From: Paramecium tetraurelia
Taxonomy: Eukaryota
Assembly: GCA_000165425.1 (NCBI GenBank)
Contig: CT868207.1
Location: 372,001-436,000, forward strand
Length of the DNA: 64,000 nucleotides
Reading direction: 5' to 3'
Under the pieces are notes generated by a model. It saw nothing but the letters and a program-made list of their open reading frames with translations. It was not told the origin of the DNA and made no database searches. How positions within the stretch are numbered: the stretch's first letter is position 1; the number at the start of each line of letters is the position of its first letter. The position numbers and the translations under genes are program-made. This document shows positions 11,401-25,830 of this stretch, one piece after another.

Positions 11401-14400
11401 AAGCAATCAATAGAGCAGCCACTGCAGTTTTGAGATGTTCTAAGAATCTTTATAGTTGGAACCTGTAGTAAAAGGAAAGCAAAGGATCATTTTATGAGAT
11501 GATTGCTCAAGATAAGGAAATTGTAAAAGTCATATTGTTATTGACTGGTTCAATTTAAGGTACAAGAAACAAAGTTCATGATTTCTTATCATCATTCAAG
11601 AAGTTCTCATGGTTGTGGACTGAAAACATTTAAGATAACATCAATAGTTTCAGTAAGAAGAATCCAACTTTGTAAGATTACGAAGATGCCTTGAAGAAAT
11701 TCACATCAATTGAAGAAGAAATCGATAAAATTGAAGCATCTCATAAAATTGGTGCCATGGAATTAAAGACAGGAAATTTATGTAGTGGATTGAAAGTACA
11801 TGCAAAAGATTGGAAAAATTTCTATTGTTAAGATCTTCATAAAAGAGCTAGATAATTATTAGACTAATTGACAGATTTAACTAATTAATATTCAACTAAA
11901 TTATCCAAGGAAGTTAAGGATATTGATTCTTTAGGATACGTTATGGAATGTTTAGAAGATATTCGTAAGATTCAAGCAGAAATCGATTTGAAATTTAATC
12001 CAGTTTAAGACATGTATGCTCTTTTGGATATCTATTTACCAGGTGGTATTTCAGATAAGGATGAGATGGATCAAAGATCTATGTTAAGAAGAAATTGGGA
12101 TCAATTGATTAGTTAAGCTGAAATTAAAGGAAAGGAATTACAATAGAAATAAAAGAATTATCTCAAGTAATTGAAGAAGTCAATTAAGGAATTTATTTAA
12201 GAAGTTAATGATTTCCGTAAGGATTATGAATTGAATGGACCAATGGTTGAAAATATTGCACCAAAGGAAGCAATGGAAAGATTACGTAGATTCGAAGATG
12301 AATTTTCAGTTAAATAGAAATTCTATTAAATTAATAGGAAGGGTGAAGATCTGTTTGGTCTATAAAATTAATCCTATCCAGCTCTTAAAAAGACCTAGGA
12401 TGAATTAGCAAACTTGAAGAAATTGTATTCCTTATTTTCAGATGTCATTGATACAATTAATAGATGGAAAGAAGAATCTTGGGCTGATGTTTCAGTTGAA
12501 TCATTGAATTAGATGGAAGAAAATTTCACAAAATACACTGCTTAATGTGGTACATTACCAAGAGATTTAAGAGAGTGGTAAGCCTATAAGGAATTGAAAT
12601 TAGAATTAGATAATTTAAATAAGATTTTGCCAATCATCAAGGAATTGAAAAAACCATCCATTAAACCAAGACATTGGATGAAGATTGTTGAAACAACAGG
12701 AAAGCAATTGAATTATGAAAATCCAGATAACTTCTTTATTTCTGATATCATAAACTGTGAGTTATTGGCTCATGAAGACGATATTGTAGATATCACAGAT
12801 TCAGCAGATAAATAAATTAAGATTGAGACAAGTTTGAAAGATATCGTAGATAGATGGTCTACACAAGAATTCAAATTCTCAATTTGGGGTAAAAGAGAAG
12901 TACCATGTATGCTTAATGGTTTGAGTGTGTAAGAAATTACAGAAACTTTGGAAGAGGATCAAATGACCTTATCTTCATTGAATGCTCAAAGATATGTTGC
13001 ACCATTCAAAGTTGAAGTTGAAATCAAAATCAGAGAATTCTCAGATGTCTCAGAAACATTGGATATGTGGATTAAAGTATAGAAGTTATGGACTGCATTG
13101 GAACCAGTATTTACAGGTGGTGATATTGCTAGATAAATGCCATTATAAGCTAAGTAATTTGCAGCTCTTGATAAGAATTGGATGAAAATTATGGAAAAAG
13201 CATTTGAAAGCAAAAAGGTTATTATCAGTTGTTAAAACGATATGTTAAAGGACTTTTTACCAGATTTGTAAAAGAAATTAGAAGATTGCTAAAAGATGTT
13301 GGAAGCCTATTTGGAAGGTAAAAGAAAGAAGTTCCCAAGATTTTACTTTGTGGCTAATCAAGATTTATTAAAGATTTTATCTCAAGGAAGTGATCCAAAG
13401 AGTATTCAAGAAGACTTTGAAAAGTTGTTTGATGCCATCACTAAAGTCACATTTGGAAAGAATACAGAGAAGAAAGGATCTACTGAATTAGTGATCCAAT
13501 AAATTATGTAAAGTGCAGGAAAAGATGAAGAAATTGTAGATTTGAATTAAAATGTTAAGTGTGAGGGAAATATTGAAGGTTGGTTAAAGACTTTAGAATT
13601 ACAAATGTAATCTACACTAAGAGATATTACAAGAACAGCTTGTAGTGCTTGTTTCACTATGGGATTAAAGGATTTCTGTAAGGCTTATTGTTCTTAAGTT
13701 GCTTTGTTGGGTATTCAAGTCATTTGGACTCAAAAGATCACAGAAGCATTAGAAAAGACAGGAAGATAAGAGAATAAGAATATCATGGAAACAAAGAGAG
13801 CTGAAATTAGAGACATGATGGCTGTATTATCAGCGATGTGTTTGGAAGGATACAAAAGTAATTTAGAAAGAACAAGAGTTGAAACTTTGGTCACAATCCA
13901 TGTCCATCAAAGAGATATTGCTCAGGAATTGAAATGCAAAGACATTAATGATTTCGATTGGTAAAAGTAGACTCGTCTTTATTGGAAATAAGATTAAGAC
14001 ACTTGTGTTATTTCAATTACAGATTGGGATTAAGGATATGCCTATGAATTCTTGGGATCTAAGGAAAGATTGTGTATTACTCCTTTGACAGATAGATGTT
14101 ACATTACATTGGCTTAAGCTATGTCTATGTATTATGGTGGTGCTCCTGCAGGGCCAGCTGGTACTGGTAAAACTGAAACAGTTAAGGATTTGGGTAGAAC
14201 TTTGGGAGTCTTTGTCGTTGTCACAAATTGCTCAGATTAACACAGATATAGAGATATGGCTAAGATTTTCAAGGGATTATGTTAATCAGGTTTATGGGGT
14301 TGTTTCGATGAATTTAATAGAATTGATTTGGAGGTGCTTTCTGTCGTGGCTATGTAAGTGGAAGCTATTACAACTGCAAAGAAATAACATCTCAAAGAAT

Positions 14401-17400
14401 TTATGTTCCCTGAAGAAGTTGCTCCAATTGAATTACAATAATAAGTAGGATACTTCATTACAATGAATCCAGGATATGCTGGTAGATAAGAATTACCAGA
14501 AAACTTGAAAGCCTTATTTAGAGGAGTGTCTATGATGGTTCCAGATAGAGAAATTATTATTAAAGTCAAGTTGGCTTCTGTTGGTTATAACTCAATCGAT
14601 GCATTAGCCAAGAAATTCAATGTTTTATATCGTTTATGTGAAGAACAACTTTCAAAATAAAGACATTATGATTTTGGTTTACGTAATATCTTATCAGTGC
14701 TAAGAACAGCAGGTAATACCAAAAGAGAAGAACTTAAATCTGACGAAGAAATGCTTTTAATGAGATCCTTAAGAGATATGAATTTGAGTAAGTTGGTGGC
14801 TGATGATATTGCCTTGTTCAATGGATTGTTACAAGATATCTTCCCTAAATAAAGTGATATCAAAAAGAAGGAATATCCAGATGTTGAGAAAATGATCCCA
14901 TAAGTCATCTAAAGAAAAGGAGGTTTAATCAATAATGATAAATTCCAATTGAAGATCATTTAATTATATGAAACAGCTTTGGTTAGACATGGTTTTATGT
15001 TAGTGGGACCATCAGGCAGTGGTAAGACCACAATTATGTCTGTATTGACAGATTCATTAACTGATTTGGGTCTTCCTCACAGAATCACAAGACTTAATCC
15101 TAAAGCCATTACAGCCTAAGAAATGTATGGTGTCAAGAGTGAAATCTCAGATGATTGGATTCCAGGTATCTTCAGTACAATTTGGTAGAAATCAAATAGC
15201 AGAAACAATAAACATACTACTTGGATTACTTGTGATGGTCCAGTGGATGCTATTTGGATTGAAAATTTGAATACAGTGTTGGATGACAATAAGATTCTTA
15301 CTCTAGCCAATGGTTAGCGTATACCAATGACAGAAAATTGTAAATTGGTGTTTGAGGTAGAAAATCTGAATAATGCTTCACCAGCAACAGTCAGTAGATG
15401 CGGATAAGTTTATATTTCACCAACAGATTTAGGATATGAACCAGTATGGAAAGGATGGATATTACAAAGAAAATTAGATGCAAGAGTTGATGAATCAGAA
15501 AAATTGAATGTTCTACTCAATAAATACTTTAACACTCACCTTATCTTAGAAACAATAGACAAGACATGCAAGAATCCAGTTATGGATATCTCTTATGTAT
15601 TAAGGGTCTATCAAACCTTAAATCTTCTCAATGGTATTTTGAGACCATTAGTAAATGCTAACAAAACATTGACTGAATAAGACTATGAAAAAGTAGTTGT
15701 CTTTGCAATGACTTGGGGAGTAGGTGGCATCTATGAAGTACAAGATAGAATCTTATTCCATGAATTCCTTAGCCTAAAAAGGTGCCCCAATTCCATACAA
15801 AGCTAAAGATGGTGAAACAGTCTTTGATTACTACATCTACTTGGATGAAAGAGGTACTTGTGAATGGAAACTCATATAACCAGAAGAATGGAAAGCTCCA
15901 GATAAATTTTATTTCTCTCAATTACTCATGCCTACTGTCGATTCATTCAGAGCTGAAATGATCTTATCATACATTCTTAATCAACCAAAGGCATCCCCAT
16001 AACCACCAGTCAGTTGCAGTTATGTTATCTTAGTGGGAGGTAGTGGTACAGCCAAAACATCAAGTGTGCTTATGTATGCCAACAAATTCAACAAAGAAAA
16101 GATGTTGTTCAAGAGAATCAACTTTTCATCTGCTACTCTACCTAGTCACTTCTAGGCTGCTATTGAAGCTGAATGTGATTTCAAAATAGGTAAAGATTTT
16201 GCTCCTCCTCAAAATAAAAACATGACTGTATTCATTGATGATCTTTCTATGCCTTTTGTAAATAAGTGGGGAGATTAAGTCACCTTGGAAATAGTTAGAC
16301 AACTCATCGATTAGGGTGGTTTCTATATGTTAGACAAAGCCTAAAGAGGTAACTTCAGAGGTATCAAAAACCTTACATACATCGGAGCCATGTAACATCC
16401 AGGAGGTGGTAGAAATGATATCCCTAACAGATTGAAGAGATAAGCAGTCATTTTCAATATGATTTTGCCACTCTCAGTTGAAGGCATTTATGGTCCCATC
16501 ATCAAACATTAATTCAAGGCTAAATACTTCTCAGCTGATGTCAATAGAGCTATTGATACATTAACTGGTGCAACCATTTAAATTTGGAATAAAGTCAAAG
16601 CAACTATGTTACCAACACCAGCCAAATTCCATTATGTGTTCAATATGAGAGATCTATCCCGTGTCTTCAAGGGTATCTTATCAGTAAGAAAGGAAACAAT
16701 AAACACTGCTGCTTAAGTTGGACCAATGAAATCAGATGTATTTTTAGTTGGATTGTGGATGCATGAATGTGAAAGAGTCTTTGTAGATAAAATGACTAAT
16801 CAAAAGGATAAGGATCAAGTATGTAATTACATTAAGGATATTGCTTTGGATCTATATAACCATTTAGATAGTGAAATCTAAGATAAATACAGCAAGGAGA
16901 AGTTATTCTTGATGTGCGATTTCTTGAAGGAAGATATAAAGAATGAAGATGGATTAGTTGAAGTTGAAGCTGAAAAGATTTATGAGGGAGTCAATTCTAT
17001 TGACAGATTAAGATTAAGATGTAATAGTCTTTTACAAGATTACAATGATAAATACCCAGCAAAGAAGATGAGTCTAGTGCTTTTCGACGATGCTATCAAA
17101 CATTTGTTGCGTATTTCAAGATTAATTAAATAACCAAGATCCAATGCTTTATTAGTAGGAGTTGGTGGTTCAGGTAAATAATCCTTGACAAGATTGGATG
17201 CTGATATCTTGAAGAACGTATGCTATTAAATTATTTTGACTAAAAATTTCAGTGAGAAAGACTTGAAAGAAGAAATTAAGAAATTGTTTGATTGGGCTGG
17301 CCATCTTGGTAAATAGGTTACGTTTATATTGACAGATAGTGAAGTGAAGAAAGAGGAATTCTTAGAATATATCAATATGATCTTATCAACAGGAGAAGTG

Positions 17401-20400
17401 GCTGGTTTATTGGCTAAGGATGAAAAGGAAGTTTGGTTGGCTGATGTCAGAAATGATTATGTCAAAGAGAAACAATTGGGTAATATTGATCCTCCTTAGA
17501 GTGACTTATATGCCTATTTGGTTGATAGAATAAGAGATAATTTGCATATTATTTTGTGCTTCTCACCAGTAGGTTAGAAATTCAGAGACAGATCTCGTAA
17601 ATTCCCAGCTTTATTCAATGAATGTACAATTGATTGGTTCTTGCCATGGCCTGAAGCTGCTTTGGTTAGTGTTGCTGAAACATTCATCAAGAATTTCAAA
17701 GAATTAGACACAACTAATGACATCAAGGAAGAATTGATGAAACATATGGGTAATGTACATATCATGGTTAATTCTGTTTGTGAACTTTACTTCCAAAAGA
17801 TGAGAAGACAAGTTTATGTTACACCAAAGAGTTATCTTTCTTATTTGAATTCTTATAAGGAATTGTATTTGAAAAAATATGCTGAATTAGATCTTCAAGA
17901 AAATTCATATAAGATTGGTTTGAATAAGATTAATGAAGCAGCTAAACAAATAGAAAAGATGGGTGTGGCTTTGAGAGAAGAAGAAGCTTAATTAAAGGAA
18001 GCATCAGAAAAGACTGAAAAATTATTAGAAGACTTGGAAAAAGAAAGCAAGAAGGCCAATTAAAAGAATGATGAAGTCGAGGCTACCACTGCTTAATGTA
18101 TGAAATAAGCATAGATGATTGCAAGTGAAAAATAAGCTGCCGAGAAAGATTTGGCTGCTGCTATGCCTGCTCTCATAAGAGCTTAAGAAGCCGTCGATTC
18201 TTTGGATAAGAAGGATATTGATGAAATGAAGGCCATGAAGACTTTGATGGACATTATGAAAGCCATTATAGACTCAATTGTTGTATATTTCATGGGTAAA
18301 TTATTGCCAGTTCAATCATTCACTGTGAAGATCAGTAAGGTCGATTATCAATTCTTGAAAGATTCATTTGATGAAGGTGGTAAATCAGTTCTTTTTGATA
18401 TGAACTTCTTAAACAAATTGAAGGGATTTGAGAAAGATGGTATTAATGAAGAGACTATCGAATTATTGTAACCATACATGTCATAAGAATGGTTTAGTGA
18501 AGAAAAGGCCCAGAGTGCTTCAAAGGCAGCTTAAGGTCTATTGAAGTGGGTTAAGGCTATTTATGAATATCATGAGAAGTCAAAGATCGTTAAACCCAAG
18601 AAGGTCTATTTGTAAATCTAAGAGGGTCGTCTTGAGATGGCAAGAAAAGAATTGGCAAAAGCTGAAAAAGATTTGAATGAAATCAAGGAATATTTGGCTA
18701 AATTGAAGGAGACATTCAACAAGTAAATGGAAGAGAAATCATTTTTGGAACAGAAATCAAATAAAACTAAAAAGAGAATTACTACAGCTAGATAATTGAT
18801 TGAATCACTTTCAGATGAAAAGGCTAGATGGGGATAAGGAGCCACAGAAAATAGCTGATCAAAAACGTAAATTAATTGGTAATTGTTCATTGGCTACCTC
18901 ATTTATTTCTTATTGTGGTCCATTCAATGCAGAATATAGATAGTTATTGGCAGGAGATTATTTCGTAAATGATCAAAAGAGAAGAGGTGTTCCAGTTACA
19001 CCAGGATTGAATCTGACATAGTTTTTAGTCGATGATGCCACAGTAGGAGAATGGAACTTATAGGGATTGCCTAAAGATGAATTGTCCATTCAAAACGGTA
19101 TCATGGTTACCAATTCAACCAGATATCCTTTGTTAATTGATCCATAAGGACAAGGTAATTACTGGATCAGACAAAAGTTCGCTGACAAAATTGAACCCTT
19201 CAGATGCATTACTACATTGAATCATCCTAAATTCAAAGATAACTTCTTAAAACCATGTATGTAAGATGGATTATGTTTGATTATTGAAAATATTGAAAAT
19301 GAAGTAGATCCTATGTTGGATCCAGTACTTGAAAAGTAAATCTAAGTCAAAGCCAAGAAGAATAAGTATATTGAAGTTGGAGGTACTTAAATGGACTTTG
19401 ATGATGGATTTAAATTGTTTATGTTTTGTAGATTAGCCAATCCTACATTCTCTCCTGAATTATCAGCCAAGACAACCATTATTGACTTTACTGTTACTCA
19501 AGGTGGTTTAGAATAATAATTGTTGGGTAAGGTCATCAGTAAAGAATAAAAAGCTTTGGAAGACTCTCTCAATTAATTATTGGCAGATGTCAATTAAAAT
19601 AAGAAAGATCTATAAAGATTAGATAAGAATTTGTTAGAAAGATTGACTCAATCTTCTGGTAACCTTCTGGAAGATGAGGGTCTCATTGAAGTGTTGGGAA
19701 GCACTAAAACTTAAGCCAAAGAAGTTTCAGTGAAATTGTTGGATGCTGAAGTCAAGACCAGAGAAATTAATGAAAAGAGAGAATAATATAGACCAGTTGC
19801 AATCAGAGGTTCAGCCTTGTATTTCACTATTTTGGAAGTCTCATTAATCAATTGGATGTATAATTCCTCTTTGGAATAATTCTTGAAGTTGTTCAATGAT
19901 TCTATTGATCAATCTGAAAGAAATACATTACCCTCGAAAAGAGTTGATAACATCATTAAATATCTCACTTTCCATGTTTATAAGTATGTCAATAGAGGTC
20001 TATTTGAAAAGGATAAGATTTCCTTCATTTTAATGATGTGTTTCAAAGTTAAACAAACAGACAAAAAAATTAATGCTGGAGATGTATCACAATTCTTGAA
20101 GAGTGGTGCTGCTTTGGATCCTAAAACAGAGAAATAAAAGCCATTCTAATTCTTGGATGAGAAATAATGGCTCAACATTTTAGCCTTGTCTAGACATCAT
20201 TTCAATGGAGATCAAATGGCCTTCTTTAGAGATCTACCAGAATCCATTTCTAGAAATGAACAACAATGGAGATAATGGAATGATAGAAATGATCCTGAAA
20301 ATTCACCAATTCCAGATTTTGCTGAACGTATAGCAGCAGACAAAGAAATTGGTCCATTCATTTCCTTATGTCTCGTAAGATCACTTAAAGAAGATAGAAC

Positions 20401-22434
20401 CTTAGTTGCTGCTACTCATTTTATTAATGCAACTCTTGGCAAAGAATTTACTGCTCCTATTTCATATCCTATCGATTCTATTTGGGCAGAAAGTTCCAAA
20501 ACTGATCCAGTATTATTCTTATTGTCTGCTGGTGCTGATCCTACTTCATCTATAGATGATCTCTCAAGAAAAAAGAGAAAAGTATTTTGTGAAAAAGTGT
20601 CAATGGGAGAAGGTCAAGAAGAAGCTGCCAGAAGAGTCATTAAGAATGGTTTCGAAACTGGTATGTGGGTTATTCTCTAAAATTGTCATTTGGGTCTTAA
20701 ATTCATGGAAGAAATCGAAACCATTGTTAATCCAGAGGCAACCATAAATGATGACTTCAGATTGTGGATTACTTGTGAATAGCATCCTAAATTCCCATTG
20801 GGTCTCTTATAAAAGACTATCAAAGTTACCAATGAACCTCCTAAGGGATTGAAAGCAGGTTTGTATAAGACCTTTACTACAATCATCACATAAGAATTCT
20901 TGGAAAAGGTTGAACATCCAAATTGGAGAAGTCTTATCTATACAATTTGTTTCTTACATTCAATTGTCATTGAAAGACGTAAGTTTGGTCCTCTTGGATG
21001 GTGTGTACCTTACGAATTTAATAATCCAGATCTTGAAGCCTCCCTTGCATTTATTGAAAAATACTTGAATTCATTCCTTAGTGGACCTCCTTCATAATCA
21101 CCAAACTTGAATTTGAATATGAATGTCATTAGATACATGATTTGTGAAGTGTAATATGGTGGTCGTATTACTGATGATTTGGATAGAGAATTGTTTAATG
21201 CCTATGGTGAAGATTACTTAAAGGAAGCAATCTTTGGAAACGAGTATGTTATAGCTGAAGCACCATTTGATGCAGGAGGTGGTACTAAACCAACTAAATT
21301 CTAATACAAAATCCCTGCCACAACTTAAATGCCAGAACTCATTAAGTATCACGATGTCATTAAGTAATTACCTGACATTGATAATCCTGAAGTATTTGGA
21401 TTACATGTTAATGCTGATATAACATTTAGAAAGAAAGAATCTACTGAAATGATTATAACAATTATGGACACTAGACCAAAGGATTCCGGCGGTGGCGGTG
21501 GTAAAACAAGAGAAGAAATAGTCTAGGATAAAGCTAGAGAATTATTAGCTAAATTACCCTCAGACTATGTTGATCTGGAAGTTAGAGAACAAGTTCGTAA
21601 ATTAGCAGGTCCAAAGAATCTTCCAGATAAGGGATTGACTGTGCCACTTAACATTTTCTTATATCAAGAAATCCAAAGAATGCAAATAGTTATTGCCATT
21701 TGCAGAAAAACATTGTCAGATGTCATTGATGCAATTGATGGACAGATCATCATGACTCCTGATATTTTAGAAGCTATCAATTCGATGTATGATGCCAAGG
21801 TTCCACTTACCTGGGTTTATGATGCTACAGGAGTAGAAATCTCATGGATCTTGCCCACTCTAGGAGCATGGTTCAGTTCATTGATAGATCGTAATAAGCA
21901 ATTAAACGATTGGTTGAAGAGCAACAGACCCAATCACTTTTGGCTTGGTGGTTTCTTTAATCCTCAAGGTTTCTTGACTGCAGTCAAATAAGAAGTCACT
22001 CGTATGCACAAAGGTAAACCAGGAGACAAGGATGCTTGGTCATTGGATGATGTTGTACAATCCACATAAGTTAAAGAAAGAGAATATGAACAAATCAGAG
22101 ATATTCAATCAGAAGGTGTCTATGTGAGTGGATTATCTCTTGAAGGATGTAAATGGAGCAGAAATGGACTTGACGAGTCTGAACCAAAGAAGATGTTCGC
22201 TCCTTTGCCCATCCTTTATGTCACTGCTATCAATAAGAAGAAGGGTGCTGATGCTGAAAAGAATTCCTCGACTTATAGTTGCCCTGTTTATAAGGTATTA
22301 TTTTATGTAATTCATCTTAGTATCCAAGAAGAACTGATAAATATCTCATTTGTAGAGTTGGATTGCCTTGCGAAGGTACAGGTGCTCATAAATGGAAGTT
22401 AAGAGGAGTAGCACTCTTATGTTCAACTGAATGA
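8480..22434 (+). CDS. Axonemal outer-arm dynein heavy chain, gamma type (DNAH5/DNAH8-like)
   Basis: N-terminal tail ([25 protein letters not shown]) followed by four P-loops: GPAGTGKT (~14151), GPSGSGKT (~15006), GGSGTAKT (~16036) and GVGGSGKQS (~17158). Stalk present; C-terminus [16 protein letters not shown]. Introns at 8561-8587, 8782-8857 and 22295-22320. Two +1 frameshifts (~15774, ~18850) must be bridged. Confidence 0.96.
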
Positions 22435-22927
22435 GATTTTAATATATATTATATATTATTTTATGAACAACATGAATAAAATGGGGTATCCATTCCTTAA
22501 CAAGTTTTAACTCAAATATTTTTTAGAATTACTACAGTATTAATTGTATCATAATATTGTTAACTTTTTTAATTATAAATTGAGAGTATCTATTTTAACA
22601 ATGCTGTAGGAAAGTTATTTTTGGCTTATGGAAGATTATTTTGAAGATCTCAAAACGAAATTATTAATATTTCTATTCTAAGCTTTAAATTTGTCAGGTA
22701 GATTTTTTTATTATTGAGAGAATATGTAATTGAGAATTCTTCTGGATAATAATTAAATTCTAAAAATAACAGATTAGAAAATACAGTTAAAATTGGCTAT
22801 TTATTATAATTAGTTAATAAAGCAAAATTTCTTACTTTTTGATTAAATCCTACAATTCAAACTTAGATTTTAATTTTAAAAGTAGATTTAAAATTGATTG
22901 ATATTAAATAAAACATATCTTATAATA

Positions 22928-25644
22928 TCAAATGAATGAAATGTTCCAATTCTGAATGAAATTAAGCTTTTCCTATCCATCTTTATAATCTATGTCATCA
23001 AGGTCCTAAAAATCCTACAAATTAGAGTACATTTTTATTTTCTAAGAATTTAAAGCCGTTTCTGCTGTTATTACAATTGTTTCGAAGTGTTAACCCTGGA
23101 GGCTTATATTACTTAGCTTGCAGTCTTGTCCAATCTATCTCAGCAAAGAACAAATGTTTCTTTATTTTATGAAGGTCTACTTAGGCTAATCTTTCCTTAG
23201 GAGATTTAACAAGCAATAATCTTAAAAGGTCTGCAGCTGTAGCACTAATTCCTTTGGGAATTTATAATGGTTCTATAATTTAAAAATTATTTAATTTACA
23301 ATATTTGATATTTTCAATTAAAGTCTTAATATTGGTGTTAAAATACGGAGGATAGCCAGTAAGCATTTCAAATAAAATAGTTCCAATTTAGTAAATATCA
23401 GTTGCTTTGGATGATCCAATACCTTCAATCAATTCAGGTGGAAGATAGGCTGGAGAGCCACAGAAGCTTTTGGCAATAATCTCTTAGCCTACATGACCTT
23501 GTTTGCATAACCCAAAATCTGTAAGTTTGATATACCCTTCTGAATCAATCAAGATATTTTCTGGTTTGAGATCTCTATAAAGAATGGATTTGGAGTGAAG
23601 ATATTCGACAGCCAATACTATTTGAGCAACAATGAATTTGGCAGTATATTCATCCAAGATCTTGCCCCTAGTCATATACCTAGCTAAGTCACCTGCAGGA
23701 CACAGTTCCGTAGCCAAGTATAAGTAATTTTATGTCTAGAATTATTGGTATAAAAACTTAGAAAGCAAAATACAAACGAACAATGAAAGGATGCTTAATG
23801 GTTTTTAGAATTTGAAGTTCTAAAAGTGTATAGTTTAAAAAGTCATGTTTGATTAACATGCTCTTTTCTTATTATTTCAAAGCGCAATAAAGATTCTTGT
23901 ATTTAGCCTTGTACACCTTTCCAAAACTGCCTTTACCAATCAATTCAAAACTTGATAAGCTTGATAAACCAATATTACTTAATTTTTTTTAACTTCCCTT
24001 TTCGTCAACAAGATCGATCTCATATTCTGCTTCACTTACACTGGCTAATGATTATTTAAATTTTTCCTTTTTTGCTTTCTATTGCTATTAGATATATCGT
24101 TTTTATTCGATTGCTGGTGAATCTAAGATATTCATAATTTAATTAGGTTTCTGTAACATTAAATTGTAAGCTCGTCTGGCATTCTTTATTTCATCAGTAG
24201 AACCTCTTATTAGGAAATTTTAGTTGATGTAACGAGCATATCCTACACAATTCTTCAGACCTTCATACCATCTACGAGCAGCATTTGTTTCTTTGAATGC
24301 GATAAAGAGATGGTTGCCTGAGTATTTGATTTCTAAGTAATGATATTAATCTTCCTAGAACCACTCATCTTTTGCCACTCTGATCTCATTTATTTAATCT
24401 AATGCAATTACTTCACTTAAAATATTAGGTTTCAATACTTTGGATTATTTGGAATGTCTTTCTCAGTTTTGAATCTTACCAGTGTTCCAGAATCAGGATC
24501 AGCAATCAGAAATCTTTGATACATAATCAATTTGAAATAATTAACCTTCAATACTTTTCCAGTTAGAATTGGTGGCCTAGTTGGTTTGTTTATTATAAAA
24601 GTCTCTTTTATACAAAATCATTATACATCTTTCTACAAATCCTCCAGATTGATTCCATTCATTGACTTCATAAATGAGTTTCTATAGACTGTGTTCAACT
24701 TCAATTCATTTTCGTATTTTAATAGTTATCTAACTTGTGTACCTGCAATTTCAATTGGTCTTCTATTAGTCTTATCTTGAATACTGAATTTATTAATGAT
24801 TAACTACTTTACATCAATATTCGGATGTTGCAACAGAGACATTGTTATGTCAGCATCGTCTATTTGGGCAGCCAAATGCAAGGCAGTTCCATGTTTGCTT
24901 GCTTTGTTGATGTTGATATCTGGTTATCCAATTAAAAACAATACAACTGATGATAATTACAATCGCAATACTTTATTTTAATTTTAGACAAACAGCCAAT
25001 GAGAGACAATTCCATCCATCATTTGTCTCTAAATTCACATCAGCCCCTTCACTTAATAGCCATAAGACTATCTTTTCATATCCAGTTACTATGGCTACAT
25101 GTAGAGATGACCATCCAAATACGGATAGGTCATTTAGGAGCAGGGTCTTATTCTTATCATAATTATCTAATAAGTGTTTTGCTTTCTAAAAATTATTGGT
25201 CTGAATAAACTCATAAAATTTTTCAATGTCATTATGCTAATTAATATTGGTACTCGATTTAAATTGATTATTCTTAAAGGAGTTACGAAAGGAATCATTC
25301 AAAGTGTTCTGTAGATCTGCAGCGAGACTATTTGAATTGCAGGACTTAAATTATTATTATTATTTTTGAGAATTAAAAGAAGAGTTTATGCTAAATTAAT
25401 CATCAACATTTTTGACAAATACTATCGATTCTGGACTGAACTGAATCGAACTTAAATAAGAGTGCTTTTCAATTTCCATCATTTGAGATTTAGTGAATAA
25501 ATACAATTTTTGATTACATACCTCAATTTATGTGACCTTCTGTATTTCAGCCTACAAATCATCCACTGTTCCTTTTGAAGGCACCTTAATGATACAAATT
25601 TATTCTTCTCCCCAATCATCGTAATACTTTAACTTGATTTTCAT
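22928..25644 (-). CDS. AGC-family Ser/Thr kinase with N-terminal ubiquitin-like domain, ankyrin repeats and PH domain
   Basis: Kinase motifs [31 protein letters not shown] and HLFFAEIDW. Ankyrin motifs [16 protein letters not shown] and [10 protein letters not shown]-like segment from GKVLKVNYF to [12 protein letters not shown] at 25644, TGA at 22928-22930, several 22-25 nt introns. Confidence 0.88.
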
Positions 25645-25830
25645 TTAATTAAATTTATGTTAATTTCTGAATTACTTAATAAACTAGAAAATTATGAAGA
25701 AAACTTTTTATGAATCACTTTTTAATAATAATTGTACATTAATATTAATATTAAATTAAAAAGTATGTGTGCAATTAAAGAACCTCAATTGAGTTTTTTG
25801 TTTTACTTTGAAATAAATTAAAAATACTAA

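Noticed and set aside
15771..18858. Euplotes-style programmed +1 ribosomal frameshifting in dynein
   Set aside because: That mechanism needs an in-frame AAA-stop. Here TAR codons are Gln and neither site has the motif in frame, so sequencing error is more parsimonious.
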